This document shows, in pieces, positions 18,453 through 28,545 of a stretch of DNA of 38,427 nt. Numbering within the stretch: the first letter of the stretch is position 1; each line of letters starts with the position of its first letter. This DNA is from Pseudolabrys sp. (GTDB taxonomy: Bacteria; Pseudomonadota; Alphaproteobacteria; Rhizobiales; Xanthobacteraceae), in assembly GCA_049793875.1 (NCBI GenBank), contig JBARCH010000209.1, forward strand, positions 1 to 38,427, given 5' to 3'. A program made the translations under genes and the position numbers. The notes under the pieces were generated by a model, which was not told the DNA's origin, did not search any database, and saw nothing but the letters and a program-made list of their open reading frames with translations.

Positions 18453-19424
18453 ATGTTCAAAACAATAATGGGCACGATGGTTGCCGCCGCCGCGTTTTCG
18501 GCGCTCGTCTTGCCCGCTGCCGCGCAAAAATATCCGAGTGGGCCCGTCCGAGTGATCGTGGCCTACTCGGCAGGCGGCACGGGGGATGTTGTCGGCCGTA
18601 TCGTCGCGCCGAAGCTCTCCGAATTGCTCGGCGAGTCGGTGATCGTGGAAAACCGTCCCGGCGCCAGCGGCTCGATAGGTGCGCATGCAGTAGCAACCGC
18701 TGCGCCCGACGGATTGACTTTACTGCTCGGCCAAACCGGCGAAATTTCCATCAATCAGCATTGGCTCAAGGGCTTGACCTACGACCCGGACAAAGATCTT
18801 CAGCCGGTAGCGCTCCTGGCGGTCGTTCCGCTCGGCCTCGTCGTTCCCGCCAAGGCACCTTATTCGGACATGAAGGGGTTTCTGGCCATGCTTCCGAAAG
18901 CGAAGTTCACATTCGCGTCGGCCGGCAGTGGCACTCCTGGTTATTTTGCCGGTGAAATGTTGAAAGCCTCGACCCACAGCAATCTTACGCACGTGCCCTA
19001 TAAAGGAGCCGGGCCGGCCCTCAACGATCTCCTCGGTGCGCACGTCGATATGTATTTTTCCGGATTGCCGGCGGCGATGCCGCAAGTGCGCTCAAAGGCG
19101 CTGAAACTTTTGGCGGTTTCTTCGGGGAAGCGCTCCTCGATCGCGCCGGACGTGCCGACAGTGGCCGAAGCGAGTGGCATCAAGAACTTTAATTTTACCT
19201 TGTGGTCTGGAATTTTCGTTCCGCACGGCACGCCGCAGGCGATCGTGACGATCCTCAACACCGATATCAACAAGGTGCTCAACGACCCCGATACGAAGAA
19301 AAAACTGGCTGCGCTCGGTGCCGAGCTCGATCCGATGTCAGTCGATCAGTTCAAGAAATTCGTTGGCGAAGAAAGTAACAAATATCTCGACATCATCAAG
19401 CAGGGTGGCCTGACGCCGCAATAA
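18453..19424 (+). CDS. Bug/TctC family tripartite tricarboxylate transporter substrate-binding protein
   Basis: Signal peptide; YPSGPVRVIVAYSAGGTGD, VENRPGASG, HVPYKGAGPA. Confidence 0.92.
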   Translation: MFKTIMGTMVAAAAFSALVLPAAAQKYPSGPVRVIVAYSAGGTGDVVGRIVAPKLSELLGESVIVENRPGASGSIGAHAVATAAPDGLTLLLGQTGEISINQHWLKGLTYDPDKDLQPVALLAVVPLGLVVPAKAPYSDMKGFLAMLPKAKFTFASAGSGTPGYFAGEMLKASTHSNLTHVPYKGAGPALNDLLGAHVDMYFSGLPAAMPQVRSKALKLLAVSSGKRSSIAPDVPTVAEASGIKNFNFTLWSGIFVPHGTPQAIVTILNTDINKVLNDPDTKKKLAALGAELDPMSVDQFKKFVGEESNKYLDIIKQGGLTPQ

Positions 19425-19643
19425 TGTGCCACGGGCTTGCAAACACCACGCCGGCACTCATACAACGCGCGAATGCAGGTGCCGGCGAAATTGCATTTTC
19501 GATTGTCGACCTTTTTCCGACTTAGAAAAACTATGAAGTAGAGAGGTCAGGAAACCGCCACGGCTGGGCGCGCGCGCCAAAGTTCTCATTGCATCGTTGT
19601 CAGCGAGCAAGTATTGCCACCCGGCAAAGCAAGGTGCGCCGAC

Positions 19644-20558
19644 ATGAGCGACGACATTCCCTTCGACAAGAACCTTGATCTCGCGCCCGACACCGTCGAC
19701 GAGCCGATGCCCGGCGTGCGGCGCGTAATGGCCGATAATCCCGGCCCGTTTACGTTCAAGGGCACGATGAGTTACATCATCGGCCGGGGCAAGGTCGCGA
19801 TCGTCGATCCCGGTCCGAACGATGAGCGCCATCTCGACGCGCTGCTCGACGCCGTGCGTGGCGAAACGGTGACGCATATTTTCGTCACGCATACGCATCT
19901 CGATCATTCGCCGGGCGTGCCGCGCATCAAGGCGGTGACCGGCGCGACTGTTTACGCCGAAGGTCCGCATCGCGCGTCGCGGCCGTTGCACATCGGCGAG
20001 GCCAACCGGCTCGATGCGGCAGCCGACCGCGACTTCAAACCCGACGTTGTGCTCGCCGACGGCGCGGTGGTTGAAGGCGATGGCTGGAGCATCGAGGCGG
20101 TAACGACGCCCGGACACACCGCCAATCACATGAGCTTTGCGTGGCCCGAGAAAAACGTGATGTTTGCCGGCGATCATGTCATGGGATGGGCGACGACGAT
20201 CGTCGCTCCGCCCGATGGCGCGATGAGCGATTACATGACATCGCTCAACAAGCTTACGCGCCGGAAGGAAACTGTCTATTTCCCCGGACATGGCCCGGCG
20301 ATCAAGGACGCGCCGCGCTTCGTGAATTATTACATCCTGCATCGCAAGGCGCGCGAGGACTCGATCCTGCACCGTCTGGCGAAAGGCGCAAGCGACATTC
20401 CGACCATCGTGCGCGCGAGCTATATCGGGCTGGACCCCCGGCTCGTCGGTGCCGCGGGACTTTCCGTGCTCGCACACATGGAGGATCTCGTCGCGCGCAA
20501 GGTGGTGGCGACGGACGGGCCACCCTCGATCGAGGGGGTCTACCGCTTGGCAGGTTGA
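19644..20558 (+). CDS. MBL-fold metallo-hydrolase (LACTB2-like)
   Basis: NPGPFTFKGT, THTHLDHS, TPGHTANH, AGDHV, PGHG. Confidence 0.9.
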   Translation: MSDDIPFDKNLDLAPDTVDEPMPGVRRVMADNPGPFTFKGTMSYIIGRGKVAIVDPGPNDERHLDALLDAVRGETVTHIFVTHTHLDHSPGVPRIKAVTGATVYAEGPHRASRPLHIGEANRLDAAADRDFKPDVVLADGAVVEGDGWSIEAVTTPGHTANHMSFAWPEKNVMFAGDHVMGWATTIVAPPDGAMSDYMTSLNKLTRRKETVYFPGHGPAIKDAPRFVNYYILHRKAREDSILHRLAKGASDIPTIVRASYIGLDPRLVGAAGLSVLAHMEDLVARKVVATDGPPSIEGVYRLAG

Positions 20559-21370
20559 CGCTTGATCGGCTGCGGCTTGGGTTCGGGCTTCGGTTCCGGC
20601 GTCACCGACATGACATCGTCGATGTCATCGAGCAGACTGCGTATCCGCGCGGCATTGGTGCCGAAGTCGTATTTGCCATAGCGTGAGGCCGAGCGAACGT
20701 CGACTCGCGCGGCAGTTGGCGCGAGCGCCGTAATGCGGATGGCGACGTCGTCGCGGAATCCCATGACCGTTGTGCGTGCCACCGCTTCGATGATCCCGCT
20801 GCGGCTGCCGGCTGCCGGCGGCTTCGCGTCCACCACGCGCCATTTGCGCTTGGCGATGAGCTTCAGCGTCGCATCATAAGTCGCGTTTGCCGTTCCCGAC
20901 ACCTCCAGCGGGCTGATGTCGGGATAGGCCTGTTCCTGCAATGCGGCGGTCGCGCGGCCGGGATATTGATCCGTGCCGCGCGGCCGCAGCCGTGCCAGCA
21001 CGTCGAAGCGCGGCGGGTTGGCCGTGTCGGTGGTGATGTCGTTGATCGCCGGCAGCTTGAGCGCGCGCGTGCCGAGATAGGCGGGGTAGGCCAGCAGCAG
21101 GATCGCCACCAGCATCGCCTCCACCGAATTGCGCAGGCCGCCCAGGCCCTCGCGCCAGATCGGTACAAAGGACGCAAACGCCAGCAGCAGCGAGAGCCCG
21201 GCGAAGACGAGCGCGGCGGCAAACGTCGCCATTGCCGGCACGATTTCCAGCAGGTCGAGCCGCACGATAACCACCGACAGGCCGGCGACGATGAGCGCAA
21301 ACAGGGCCAGCCGCCCGGACCAGACGGCGAGCCGCGATTTTGGAATTTCGACGAATGGCTGCCGTAGCAT
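20540..21370 (-). CDS. DUF1499 domain membrane protein
   Basis: Three TM helices, then PAINDITTD, GFRDDVAIR, DVRSASRYG..DFGTNAARI. Confidence 0.88.
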   Translation of the reverse strand: MLRQPFVEIPKSRLAVWSGRLALFALIVAGLSVVIVRLDLLEIVPAMATFAAALVFAGLSLLLAFASFVPIWREGLGGLRNSVEAMLVAILLLAYPAYLGTRALKLPAINDITTDTANPPRFDVLARLRPRGTDQYPGRATAALQEQAYPDISPLEVSGTANATYDATLKLIAKRKWRVVDAKPPAAGSRSGIIEAVARTTVMGFRDDVAIRITALAPTAARVDVRSASRYGKYDFGTNAARIRSLLDDIDDVMSVTPEPKPEPKPQPIKRQPAKR

Positions 21371-21380
21371 GATGTCCTGC

Positions 21381-22481
21381 TTACCCCGCGCAGATACGTT
21401 TTAACGCGGTCCACTCGCCCGCGTCGAGCATGGGCTTGGTAGCGCGCGCCGGCGCCAATTTATTGATGGCGGCGATACGCGCTTTGGTCTCGGGATGATC
21501 GAGCAGGATTTTCATGCCGGGCTCGGTAGCGCCGCCGATCTTGCCCAGCATGGTGCCGAGCGCCCGTGCATTGCCGCCGGCCTTTTGCATCAATGCAACG
21601 CCATAGGAATCTGCGGCGGCCTCCACGTTGCGCGTGTAGGACGATTGCAGGACGGACTTCGCCGCCAGCACCACGGCGCCTCCACCGACAAAGTCGCCGA
21701 ACATGATGCCGAACAGGAACGACAGGCCGCTCGCCTGCAACACCGAACGTGTGCCGTCGCGGTGCGCGATGTGGCCAATCTCATGCGCGATGACGCCGGC
21801 GACTTCATCTGGGTTGTCGGCCTTGGCGATCAAGCCGTCGAACACGTAAATCTTCGATCCGGGCAAAGCCACGGCATTAGCCTGGTTGCGCCGCACGACG
21901 ACGACCTGCAGCGCGGATGGCAACGCGGCGGCATCCTGAAGCCGGCCAACGAGCTTTTCGATCGCTGCGCGGCCAGCCTTTTCTCGCGCGCCGCCGCCGC
22001 ATTCGAAAGCCGTGCCGGATTTCTGCGTGTCGAGCATGCCGCGCAATTTGATGTCGACCGCTTCGCCGAGCTTGCGCTCTATGGCATTCGGGATGAGGGG
22101 CGTAGCGCGTTCGGCAATGACAGGTACCGCAAAATAACCGACGACCAGCAGCGATGCCGTGGCGGCGACGGTCCAGCCGACGACGCCCGCGCGCTGGCGG
22201 CGCTGCGTAAGGCCGGTGCGGTCGACATTATCGGCGCGCAAGTCGATGGCGGCTGCGAATGTCGGGTTGAGAATTTCGAGCCGCGCCAGAACGGCGTTGC
22301 CGTGGCGGCCGAGCCGCAACACCTTGTCGGGCGAATTCAGCTCTTCAAGTTCATGATAGGGCCATTCGGCCAGCAGCCGCCCGTCGGCAGCCATGATCTG
22401 CAAACCAGCGCCCGCCAGCGTGACCGTCACGTTTTGCCGCGTGCTGGTGATGCCGTCGAAGAAAATGCCGTCGCCGGTCAT
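21381..22481 (-). CDS. M48 family membrane zinc metallopeptidase
   Basis: NAVALPG, AHEIGH (HExxH), EAAAD, LDHP; TM segment. Confidence 0.9.
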   Translation of the reverse strand: MTGDGIFFDGITSTRQNVTVTLAGAGLQIMAADGRLLAEWPYHELEELNSPDKVLRLGRHGNAVLARLEILNPTFAAAIDLRADNVDRTGLTQRRQRAGVVGWTVAATASLLVVGYFAVPVIAERATPLIPNAIERKLGEAVDIKLRGMLDTQKSGTAFECGGGAREKAGRAAIEKLVGRLQDAAALPSALQVVVVRRNQANAVALPGSKIYVFDGLIAKADNPDEVAGVIAHEIGHIAHRDGTRSVLQASGLSFLFGIMFGDFVGGGAVVLAAKSVLQSSYTRNVEAAADSYGVALMQKAGGNARALGTMLGKIGGATEPGMKILLDHPETKARIAAINKLAPARATKPMLDAGEWTALKRICAG

Positions 22482-22482
22482 G

Positions 22483-23769
22483 TCAGTAACCGCCGACGTG
22501 GAGAGCGTCGGCGAGTCCTTCGCCCAACGCCGAGCTTGGTCCGCCGGTGGCTGTGACCCGATCGAGCGCAGCGAGGCCCGACAATTGCAACGATTCCACG
22601 CCCAACTGCCAAAGCGAGAGTTTCACGGTCGCGCCGTAGATCGTCGAATAGCCGAGCGCGACGATCACGTAGCCGACGAGCAGGATTCCCGTCGCCAGGA
22701 TTTCCTTTCCGATGGAGGAGTTGGCGTCGCCGACGCTTCCAATCAGCATGGCTGCCGGAATCGCTGCAACCGAAACGACGATGCTGAACAGGATGGCGAT
22801 CCACAGAAAGCGGAAGTAGGCACGGTAGATATGCCGCGTGCGTAATTGCGAGCGCACTTCGATATCGCCGAAGCGCAAACCGGAGGTCCACCAGCGCAAC
22901 ACCATCGCCTGAAATGCCGGATAGAGCAGGGCGAAGGCAAACACCGCAACGCCGGCCATCAGCATGGCGAACACGATGGCTCGCCCGAACCCAGGACTGG
23001 CGCCCTCGAGGCGCGCAAAGACGTCGTCGCCGCCTTGCTGCGCCACATTGGCGAGCGCCAGCCAGTCAACGGTTTCGATAAGCGCACCGGCTGCCAGAAC
23101 CAGCGGTCCGACAACCAGAAGCCACATCGGAAGGCCGCGCAGGAACAACCGGAAGGCGGACCCTTCGAAGCTGCCGGCGAGGTCGCCATAATAAGTATTG
23201 CGCATTTTGAAGCGCTCGAGCCGCGACTGTTGCCAAGGGTAGGCAAGGCCTAACGTGATCGTCGTCATCGTCCACCAGAACAGCGCGCAGAAAGCATAAC
23301 GCCACGCCGAGCCGTCCTGATGAAAACGCAGGCCGCGAAAGATCGTACGCGTGAGGCGATAGCGGCGCGCGCGGTAGCTGGCGTATTGCCCGAGCAGCGC
23401 CAGCAATACGAAGCCGAGCATGCCGGACAGTTTGCCGACGATGCCGAGATCGAGTGCCGCAAGAAAGATGGCGGCATAGATCGGAATGAGAATGGCGATC
23501 GCCATGAGAAATCCGATCAACAACTCGAATGGCGTGCCGGTGTATTCCAGGCTTTCGCCGGCGACCTCGGTATTCGACCACAGGAAGCGCCGCACGTCTG
23601 TCGCCAGCCAGAAGCGATAGATGCCAAGGGTCACCATCAGCAGCGCGCCGCCACGCACCAGCAGCCGCCAATAGTCGCGGCGCTTGCCGAGAAACCGCAC
23701 GCTGCCTGGCACCGCGGCCGCGCTGATATCGGGGCTGATCATGGGGCGAGAGGGATAGCTGCTCGCCAT
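22483..23769 (-). CDS. DUF898 / YjgN family membrane protein
   Basis: TLGIYRFW, YTGTPFELLIGF, RYRLTRTIFRG, TLGLAYPW; multiple TM segments. Confidence 0.88.
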   Translation of the reverse strand: MASSYPSRPMISPDISAAAVPGSVRFLGKRRDYWRLLVRGGALLMVTLGIYRFWLATDVRRFLWSNTEVAGESLEYTGTPFELLIGFLMAIAILIPIYAAIFLAALDLGIVGKLSGMLGFVLLALLGQYASYRARRYRLTRTIFRGLRFHQDGSAWRYAFCALFWWTMTTITLGLAYPWQQSRLERFKMRNTYYGDLAGSFEGSAFRLFLRGLPMWLLVVGPLVLAAGALIETVDWLALANVAQQGGDDVFARLEGASPGFGRAIVFAMLMAGVAVFAFALLYPAFQAMVLRWWTSGLRFGDIEVRSQLRTRHIYRAYFRFLWIAILFSIVVSVAAIPAAMLIGSVGDANSSIGKEILATGILLVGYVIVALGYSTIYGATVKLSLWQLGVESLQLSGLAALDRVTATGGPSSALGEGLADALHVGGY

Positions 23770-23782
23770 CGTGCGGGCAATG

Positions 23783-25423
23783 TCATTCCGCCGCGGCGGC
23801 GGTCGGCAGCACGTAGCTCTTGAAGCGCTCGCGCAGCGCCGTTTTTTTGATCTTGCCGGTGGCGGTGTGGGGGATCTCTTCCACAAACGCCACGTCGTCG
23901 GGCATCCACCACTTGGCGATCTTGCCCTGCATAAAGCCGAGGATCTCTTCCTTTGTGGCCTGCTCACCCTCTTTCAGGACGATGACAAGCAAGGGCCGCT
24001 CGTCCCATTTCGGGTGATTGATGCCGATAACGGCGGCTTCGGCCACTTTCGGATGCCCGACCGCGAGATTTTCCAGGTCGATCGAGGAAATCCATTCGCC
24101 GCCGGACTTGATTACGTCCTTGGCACGGTCGGTGATCTGCATGTAGCCGTATTTGTCGATGGTTGCGACGTCGCCAGTGTCGAAGAAGCCCTCATCGTCG
24201 AGGATGCTCGGCCCTTCATCCTTGAAGTACGCCTTTGCGACCGCCGGTCCTCGCACCTTCAGCCTGCCGAACTTCTTGCCGTCCCATGGCAGCTTCGTGC
24301 CGGAATCGTCGGTGATCTTCATTTCGACGCAGAACGGCGGATGGCCCTGCTTCATCTGGACGTCGAGGCGCGCTTCGCCTTTGAGCGCGTCATATTCGGG
24401 CTTCATGGTGCAGAGCGAACCGAGCGGACTCATCTCCGTCATGCCCCAGGCGTGCACGACCTCGACGCCGTATTTATCCTGGAATGTTTGCGTCATCGCG
24501 CGCGGGCAAGCGGAGCCGCCGATCACCACGCGCTTGAGATAAGGCAGCTTGCCGCCGGTCTTTTCCAGATCCTGCAGCAGCATCAGCCAGACCGTCGGCA
24601 CGGCGGCCGTGAATGTGACCTTGTATTTGTCGAGCAGTTCATAGATCGAAGCGCCATCCATCTTGGCGCCCGGCAGCACCAGCGCCGCGCCGACCATCGG
24701 CGTCGAAAATGCGAGCGACCAGCCATTGGCGTGGAAGATCGGCACGACCGGCAGCACCACATCACGCGCCGACAGGTTCTTGGAATCCGGCAGCGACGCC
24801 ATGAACGCGTGCAGCACGTTCGAGCGGTGCGAATAAAGAACGCCTTTGGGATTGCCGGTAGTACCCGATGTGTAACACATGCCGGCGGCGGTGTTCTCGT
24901 CGAACGACTTCCAGGCGAAGTCGCCGTCGACCTCGCCGATCCAGTCTTCGTAGGCGACTGCGTTCTTGAGCGTGGTCTTCGGCATATGCGCCGCGTCGGT
25001 GAGCACGATATAGCGCTCGATCGTCGGCAGCCTGTCGGCGAGCTTTTCCAGCAGCGGTACAAACGTAAGGTCGGCGATCACCACGCGATCTTCGGCGTGA
25101 TTGATGATCCACACGATCTGTTCGGCGAACAGGCGCGGATTGACGGTGTGGTAGATCGCCCCGATGCCGAGGATGCCGTACCAGGTTTCCAGATGCCGCC
25201 ATGTATTCCAGGCCAGCGTCGCCACCCGATCACCCATCTTGATGCCGTCGCGGTTGAGACGCTGCGCGACCTTGAGCGCGCGGGCGCGTATCCGGGCGTA
25301 ATCGGTCTCGAAAACAGGTCCTTCGACCGAGCGTGTGATAACCGGGCGGTTACCATGATAGGTCGCGGCGTGATCGATGATGCGATGGCACAGCAGCGGC
25401 CAATCCTGCATCAACCCAAGCAT
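23783..25423 (-). CDS. Fatty-acid--CoA ligase (AlkK/DmdB-like)
   Basis: [44 protein letters not shown]. Confidence 0.92.
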   Translation of the reverse strand: MLGLMQDWPLLCHRIIDHAATYHGNRPVITRSVEGPVFETDYARIRARALKVAQRLNRDGIKMGDRVATLAWNTWRHLETWYGILGIGAIYHTVNPRLFAEQIVWIINHAEDRVVIADLTFVPLLEKLADRLPTIERYIVLTDAAHMPKTTLKNAVAYEDWIGEVDGDFAWKSFDENTAAGMCYTSGTTGNPKGVLYSHRSNVLHAFMASLPDSKNLSARDVVLPVVPIFHANGWSLAFSTPMVGAALVLPGAKMDGASIYELLDKYKVTFTAAVPTVWLMLLQDLEKTGGKLPYLKRVVIGGSACPRAMTQTFQDKYGVEVVHAWGMTEMSPLGSLCTMKPEYDALKGEARLDVQMKQGHPPFCVEMKITDDSGTKLPWDGKKFGRLKVRGPAVAKAYFKDEGPSILDDEGFFDTGDVATIDKYGYMQITDRAKDVIKSGGEWISSIDLENLAVGHPKVAEAAVIGINHPKWDERPLLVIVLKEGEQATKEEILGFMQGKIAKWWMPDDVAFVEEIPHTATGKIKKTALRERFKSYVLPTAAAAE

Positions 25424-25542
25424 TGACGTGTCTCCCTGGTCTTTTCTCGCCTTTGGGCCGCCAACCGGCGGCCGGATGCAAGGTTAGCTGCCGCGCGGCC
25501 TAACGCAACCTGCTCCTCCCGTGCGCGTTATATCCCGCAGAA

Positions 25543-26382
25543 ATGCCGCATTCATTCCCCGACATCGGCCCGATGCGCTTGCTCATCGCCATGATCCTGC
25601 TGGCCGGTTTGAACTGCGGCGTCGCCATAGCCGACGACGTTCCGTTGCCGCCGGCACGCCCGCTTCCCTATGACGATGCGCCGGCCGCCGCGGAGCCGCC
25701 GCCGATCGGCATAGACGACCTCACGAGCGAACCGTCGGAATGCCGGCAGCGGCTGCAAACGATTGCGGACGTGACGCCGATCACGTTGATCGAAGGCCCC
25801 GGCGGTTGCGGTGGCGACGATATGGTGCGGCTCGAGGGGATAAAACTCGCGGACCAAAGGCGCATACCCGTCACGCCGCCGCCGATGTTGCGCTGTTCGA
25901 TGGCGTCGGCGCTGGTTGATTGGGTCCGTGACGACGTGATGCCGCAGGTTGACGCGCTCGGCGCCAAATTGCGCAGTATCGATAATTTCGGCGATTACGA
26001 ATGCCGCGGCCGTAACCGCATCGCCAATGCCAAGTTGAGCGAGCACGGCAAGGGAAATGCGATCGACCTTCGCGGTTTTTCACTCGACAACGGTCGCAAA
26101 ATCGAACTCACCGATGTTACGGTTCCGGTTGATTTCCGCAATGCGCTGCGCACGAGCGCCTGCGCACGCTTTACGACAGTGCTCGGCCCCGGTTCCGATG
26201 GCTATCACAACGGCCACGTCCATCTCGATCTGGCCGAGCGGCATAACGGTTATCGCATCTGCGAGTGGGATGTGAATGAGCCGCCGGTACCCGGTGCCGA
26301 AGTTGCAGCCGCCAATGTTCCATTGCCGACGCCCAAGCCCGAAATTTTACGCACGCAATCGTCGGCACCGCGCAAGATGTGA
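25543..26382 (+). CDS. Extensin-like C-terminal domain exported protein (alternative start 25573)
   Basis: Signal peptide, Pro-rich linkers, YECRGRN..LSEHGKGNAIDL, VLGPGSDGYHNGHVHLD. Confidence 0.85.
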   Translation: MPHSFPDIGPMRLLIAMILLAGLNCGVAIADDVPLPPARPLPYDDAPAAAEPPPIGIDDLTSEPSECRQRLQTIADVTPITLIEGPGGCGGDDMVRLEGIKLADQRRIPVTPPPMLRCSMASALVDWVRDDVMPQVDALGAKLRSIDNFGDYECRGRNRIANAKLSEHGKGNAIDLRGFSLDNGRKIELTDVTVPVDFRNALRTSACARFTTVLGPGSDGYHNGHVHLDLAERHNGYRICEWDVNEPPVPGAEVAAANVPLPTPKPEILRTQSSAPRKM

Positions 26383-26517
26383 ACGCGGCGCGGAGCAAGA
26401 TGGTAAATCGCGGCAGTCCTGGTAACCGTGCCGGCAGATTTAACCCATGCTCTTTGTCGTTGCGGCCATAGTGAAGGCCTCATGCTGTCTCGTGCACCCG
26501 CCGTTTTCGTTGCTCCC

Positions 26518-27408
26518 ATGCCGCCACGCGTCGTGTCGCGCCGCGGCTTCCTGAAGAGTGGTCTCACGCTTGCCGGTGCCGCAGGTCTCGCGGCAGCGAG
26601 CACCGGCGCCTATGCCGCGACCGAAGCGGCCTGCCGCCTGGTCACCACCGACTACCGGTTGACGCCGCCGGGTTGGCGTGCCGGCCAGCGATTGACCATC
26701 AGCGTCATTGCCGACCTGCACGCGGGCGGTCCGAACATGGGTCTCGATCGCGTGCGGCAAGTGGTCGATTCCGCCAATGCTCTACGCTCCGACCTGGTTG
26801 TGGTTCTCGGAGATTATTTCGCGACGCATCGATTTGTAACGGAGCGCGTTCCGCACGCGGCCTGGGCGGGTGAACTCGCACGTCTCCGTGCGCCGCTCGG
26901 CATCTGGGCGATCTTTGGAAATCACGATTGGTGGCACGACATCGTCGGCGTGCGCCGCGCGCTTGCCGATGTCCGCATTCCGGTGCTGGAGAACGATGCC
27001 GTGCTGCTCGGCAGCGGCAATGCCAAATTCTGGCTCGCAGGTCTTGGCGATCAGATCGCCTATATCGTCGGGCACAACCGTTTCCGCGGCGCCGACGATC
27101 TGCCGGCGACGCTTGCCCGTGTCACCACAGCCGATCCGGTGATCCTGCTGGCGCACGAGCCGGATATTTTCACCAAGGTGCCGCCGAACGTTGCGCTGAC
27201 GCTCGCGGGCCACACGCACGGCGGGCAGATCCGCTTCCCACTGATGCAGCCGCTCTGGGTGCCGTCTGCTTACGGCGCACGCTACGCCTACGGGCATATC
27301 GTCGAGGGCGGCCGCCACATGATCGTGTCCGGCGGACTCGGCACCAGTTTCATCCCGGTGCGACTCGGCGTGCCGCCGGAAATCGTCCGCATCCAGCTCG
27401 GTGCGTGA
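26518..27408 (+). CDS. Calcineurin-like metallophosphoesterase (YkuE-like) with twin-arginine signal (alternative start 26482)
   Basis: SRRGFLK; ADLH, LGDY, GNHD, AHEPD, GHTHGGQ. Confidence 0.88.
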   Translation: MPPRVVSRRGFLKSGLTLAGAAGLAAASTGAYAATEAACRLVTTDYRLTPPGWRAGQRLTISVIADLHAGGPNMGLDRVRQVVDSANALRSDLVVVLGDYFATHRFVTERVPHAAWAGELARLRAPLGIWAIFGNHDWWHDIVGVRRALADVRIPVLENDAVLLGSGNAKFWLAGLGDQIAYIVGHNRFRGADDLPATLARVTTADPVILLAHEPDIFTKVPPNVALTLAGHTHGGQIRFPLMQPLWVPSAYGARYAYGHIVEGGRHMIVSGGLGTSFIPVRLGVPPEIVRIQLGA

Positions 27409-27424
27409 AGAATTCGGCGCGTAA

Positions 27425-27465
27425 AAATAAAAACGGCGCCGAGATCATCGGCGCCGTTTTTATTT
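27425..27465. terminator. Bidirectional rho-independent terminator
   Basis: Perfect 18-bp inverted repeat AAATAAAAACGGCGCCGA-gatca-TCGGCGCCGTTTTTATTT between convergent genes. Confidence 0.9.
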
Positions 27466-27481
27466 ATCGCTACCGCGAAAT

Positions 27482-28150
27482 TCAGTTCAGGCTGCTCGTC
27501 CGCGTGAGCGCACGCGGATTGAACGGCGAGTCGCCCTGGTGTGGCGCCAACACGACCACGACGGTGCCGTTCTTCACGCGCTTGTAAAGATCGATGACGT
27601 CCTCGTTGGTCATGCGGATGCAACCAGAGGAAATCGCCTGTCCGATATATTCCGGCTGGTTGGTGCCATGAATGCGGTAGAGCGTGTCCTTGTTGCCCTG
27701 GAACAGGTACATCGCGCGCGCGCCCATCGGATTCTGCGGGCCGGGGCCGACATAAGCCGGCACGTCCATGCGCTGCCGCTCGCCCGCGGTCGGCGTCCAT
27801 CCCGGCCATTCGGCCATGCGCTCGACTTTGGCGACGCCTGACCAGGCCATGGCCTCTTCGCCGACGGTCACGCCGTAACGGATCGCCTTGCCGCCATCCA
27901 GCACGTAATAAAGGTAGCGCGCATCGGAATCGATCACGATCGAACCGGGCTGCTCTTTGCGGTGATAGGAGACGATGTGCCGCTTGTACGGCTCAGGTAT
28001 GTTGACGTCCGCGTAAGGCGCTGCGGCGAGCAATTTCTTGTCGCGCGGGGTCAGGTTCGCCTCAGAGGCCGGATCGAGGGTTGCCTGCATGCAACCACCC
28101 AACAATACGCCAACGCCTACCAGAGCGAAAAACACCCCCCGCGCCGCCAT
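27482..28150 (-). CDS. L,D-transpeptidase (YkuD family) lipoprotein
   Basis: Lipobox LGGC; NPMGARAMYL, YRIHGT...SSGCIRM; GAGGA RBS before ATG 28150. Confidence 0.92.
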   Translation of the reverse strand: MAARGVFFALVGVGVLLGGCMQATLDPASEANLTPRDKKLLAAAPYADVNIPEPYKRHIVSYHRKEQPGSIVIDSDARYLYYVLDGGKAIRYGVTVGEEAMAWSGVAKVERMAEWPGWTPTAGERQRMDVPAYVGPGPQNPMGARAMYLFQGNKDTLYRIHGTNQPEYIGQAISSGCIRMTNEDVIDLYKRVKNGTVVVVLAPHQGDSPFNPRALTRTSSLN

Positions 28151-28352
28151 TTTCGTCCTCATTCCCAATTGCACGGCCGCCACGGCCGAACACAGTTTCA
28201 GTCTGTTTTTAACCGTAGATTCGACGGTGTTGTCAGGGTTTCCGCGGCACTAACGCTGCTTCCTGTGAACGTGTTGCAGGAATGTCGCACCCGTGCTGCC
28301 AAGCGTCGTGGAAAGCCGCCGCAAAGACGAATCTGACTTTGCCGCCAACACC

Positions 28353-28371
28353 TTAATCAATGGTTTACCAT
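28353..28371 (+). promoter_or_regulatory. CtrA-like site (one mismatch)
   Basis: TTAA-TCAATGG-TTTACCAT in a divergent intergenic region. Confidence 0.55.
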
Positions 28372-28545
28372 CTAGGCCCTTCAATAGTCGGAGATTTTGC
28401 CGACGGGCAACTGGACGGCGAGGCTGCGGATTCGCTGGCCGCCGTTAGCCATCTGTCACGATAGGACACGATTTGCCGCGCATTTCCGCCCCACTCGATG
28501 CCTAAGTCATGACAAGAGGACGCCAAGGAAGGATCGGAGAAGAAA

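Noticed and set aside
19425..19643. Possible ncRNA or riboswitch in a lower-GC spacer with a CGCCGGCAC/GTGCCGGCG stem
   Set aside because: No recognisable family motif or terminator; an Rfam/Infernal search would be needed
23771..25426. 551-aa antisense ORF, and similar long antisense ORFs (2637-3794, 9820-10923, 17389-18426, 19458-20477, 21495-22556)
   Set aside because: Mirror frames of well-supported genes, with no motifs; expected from codon bias
26399..26449. CtrA-like half-sites before the metallophosphoesterase
   Set aside because: No correctly spaced partner half-site
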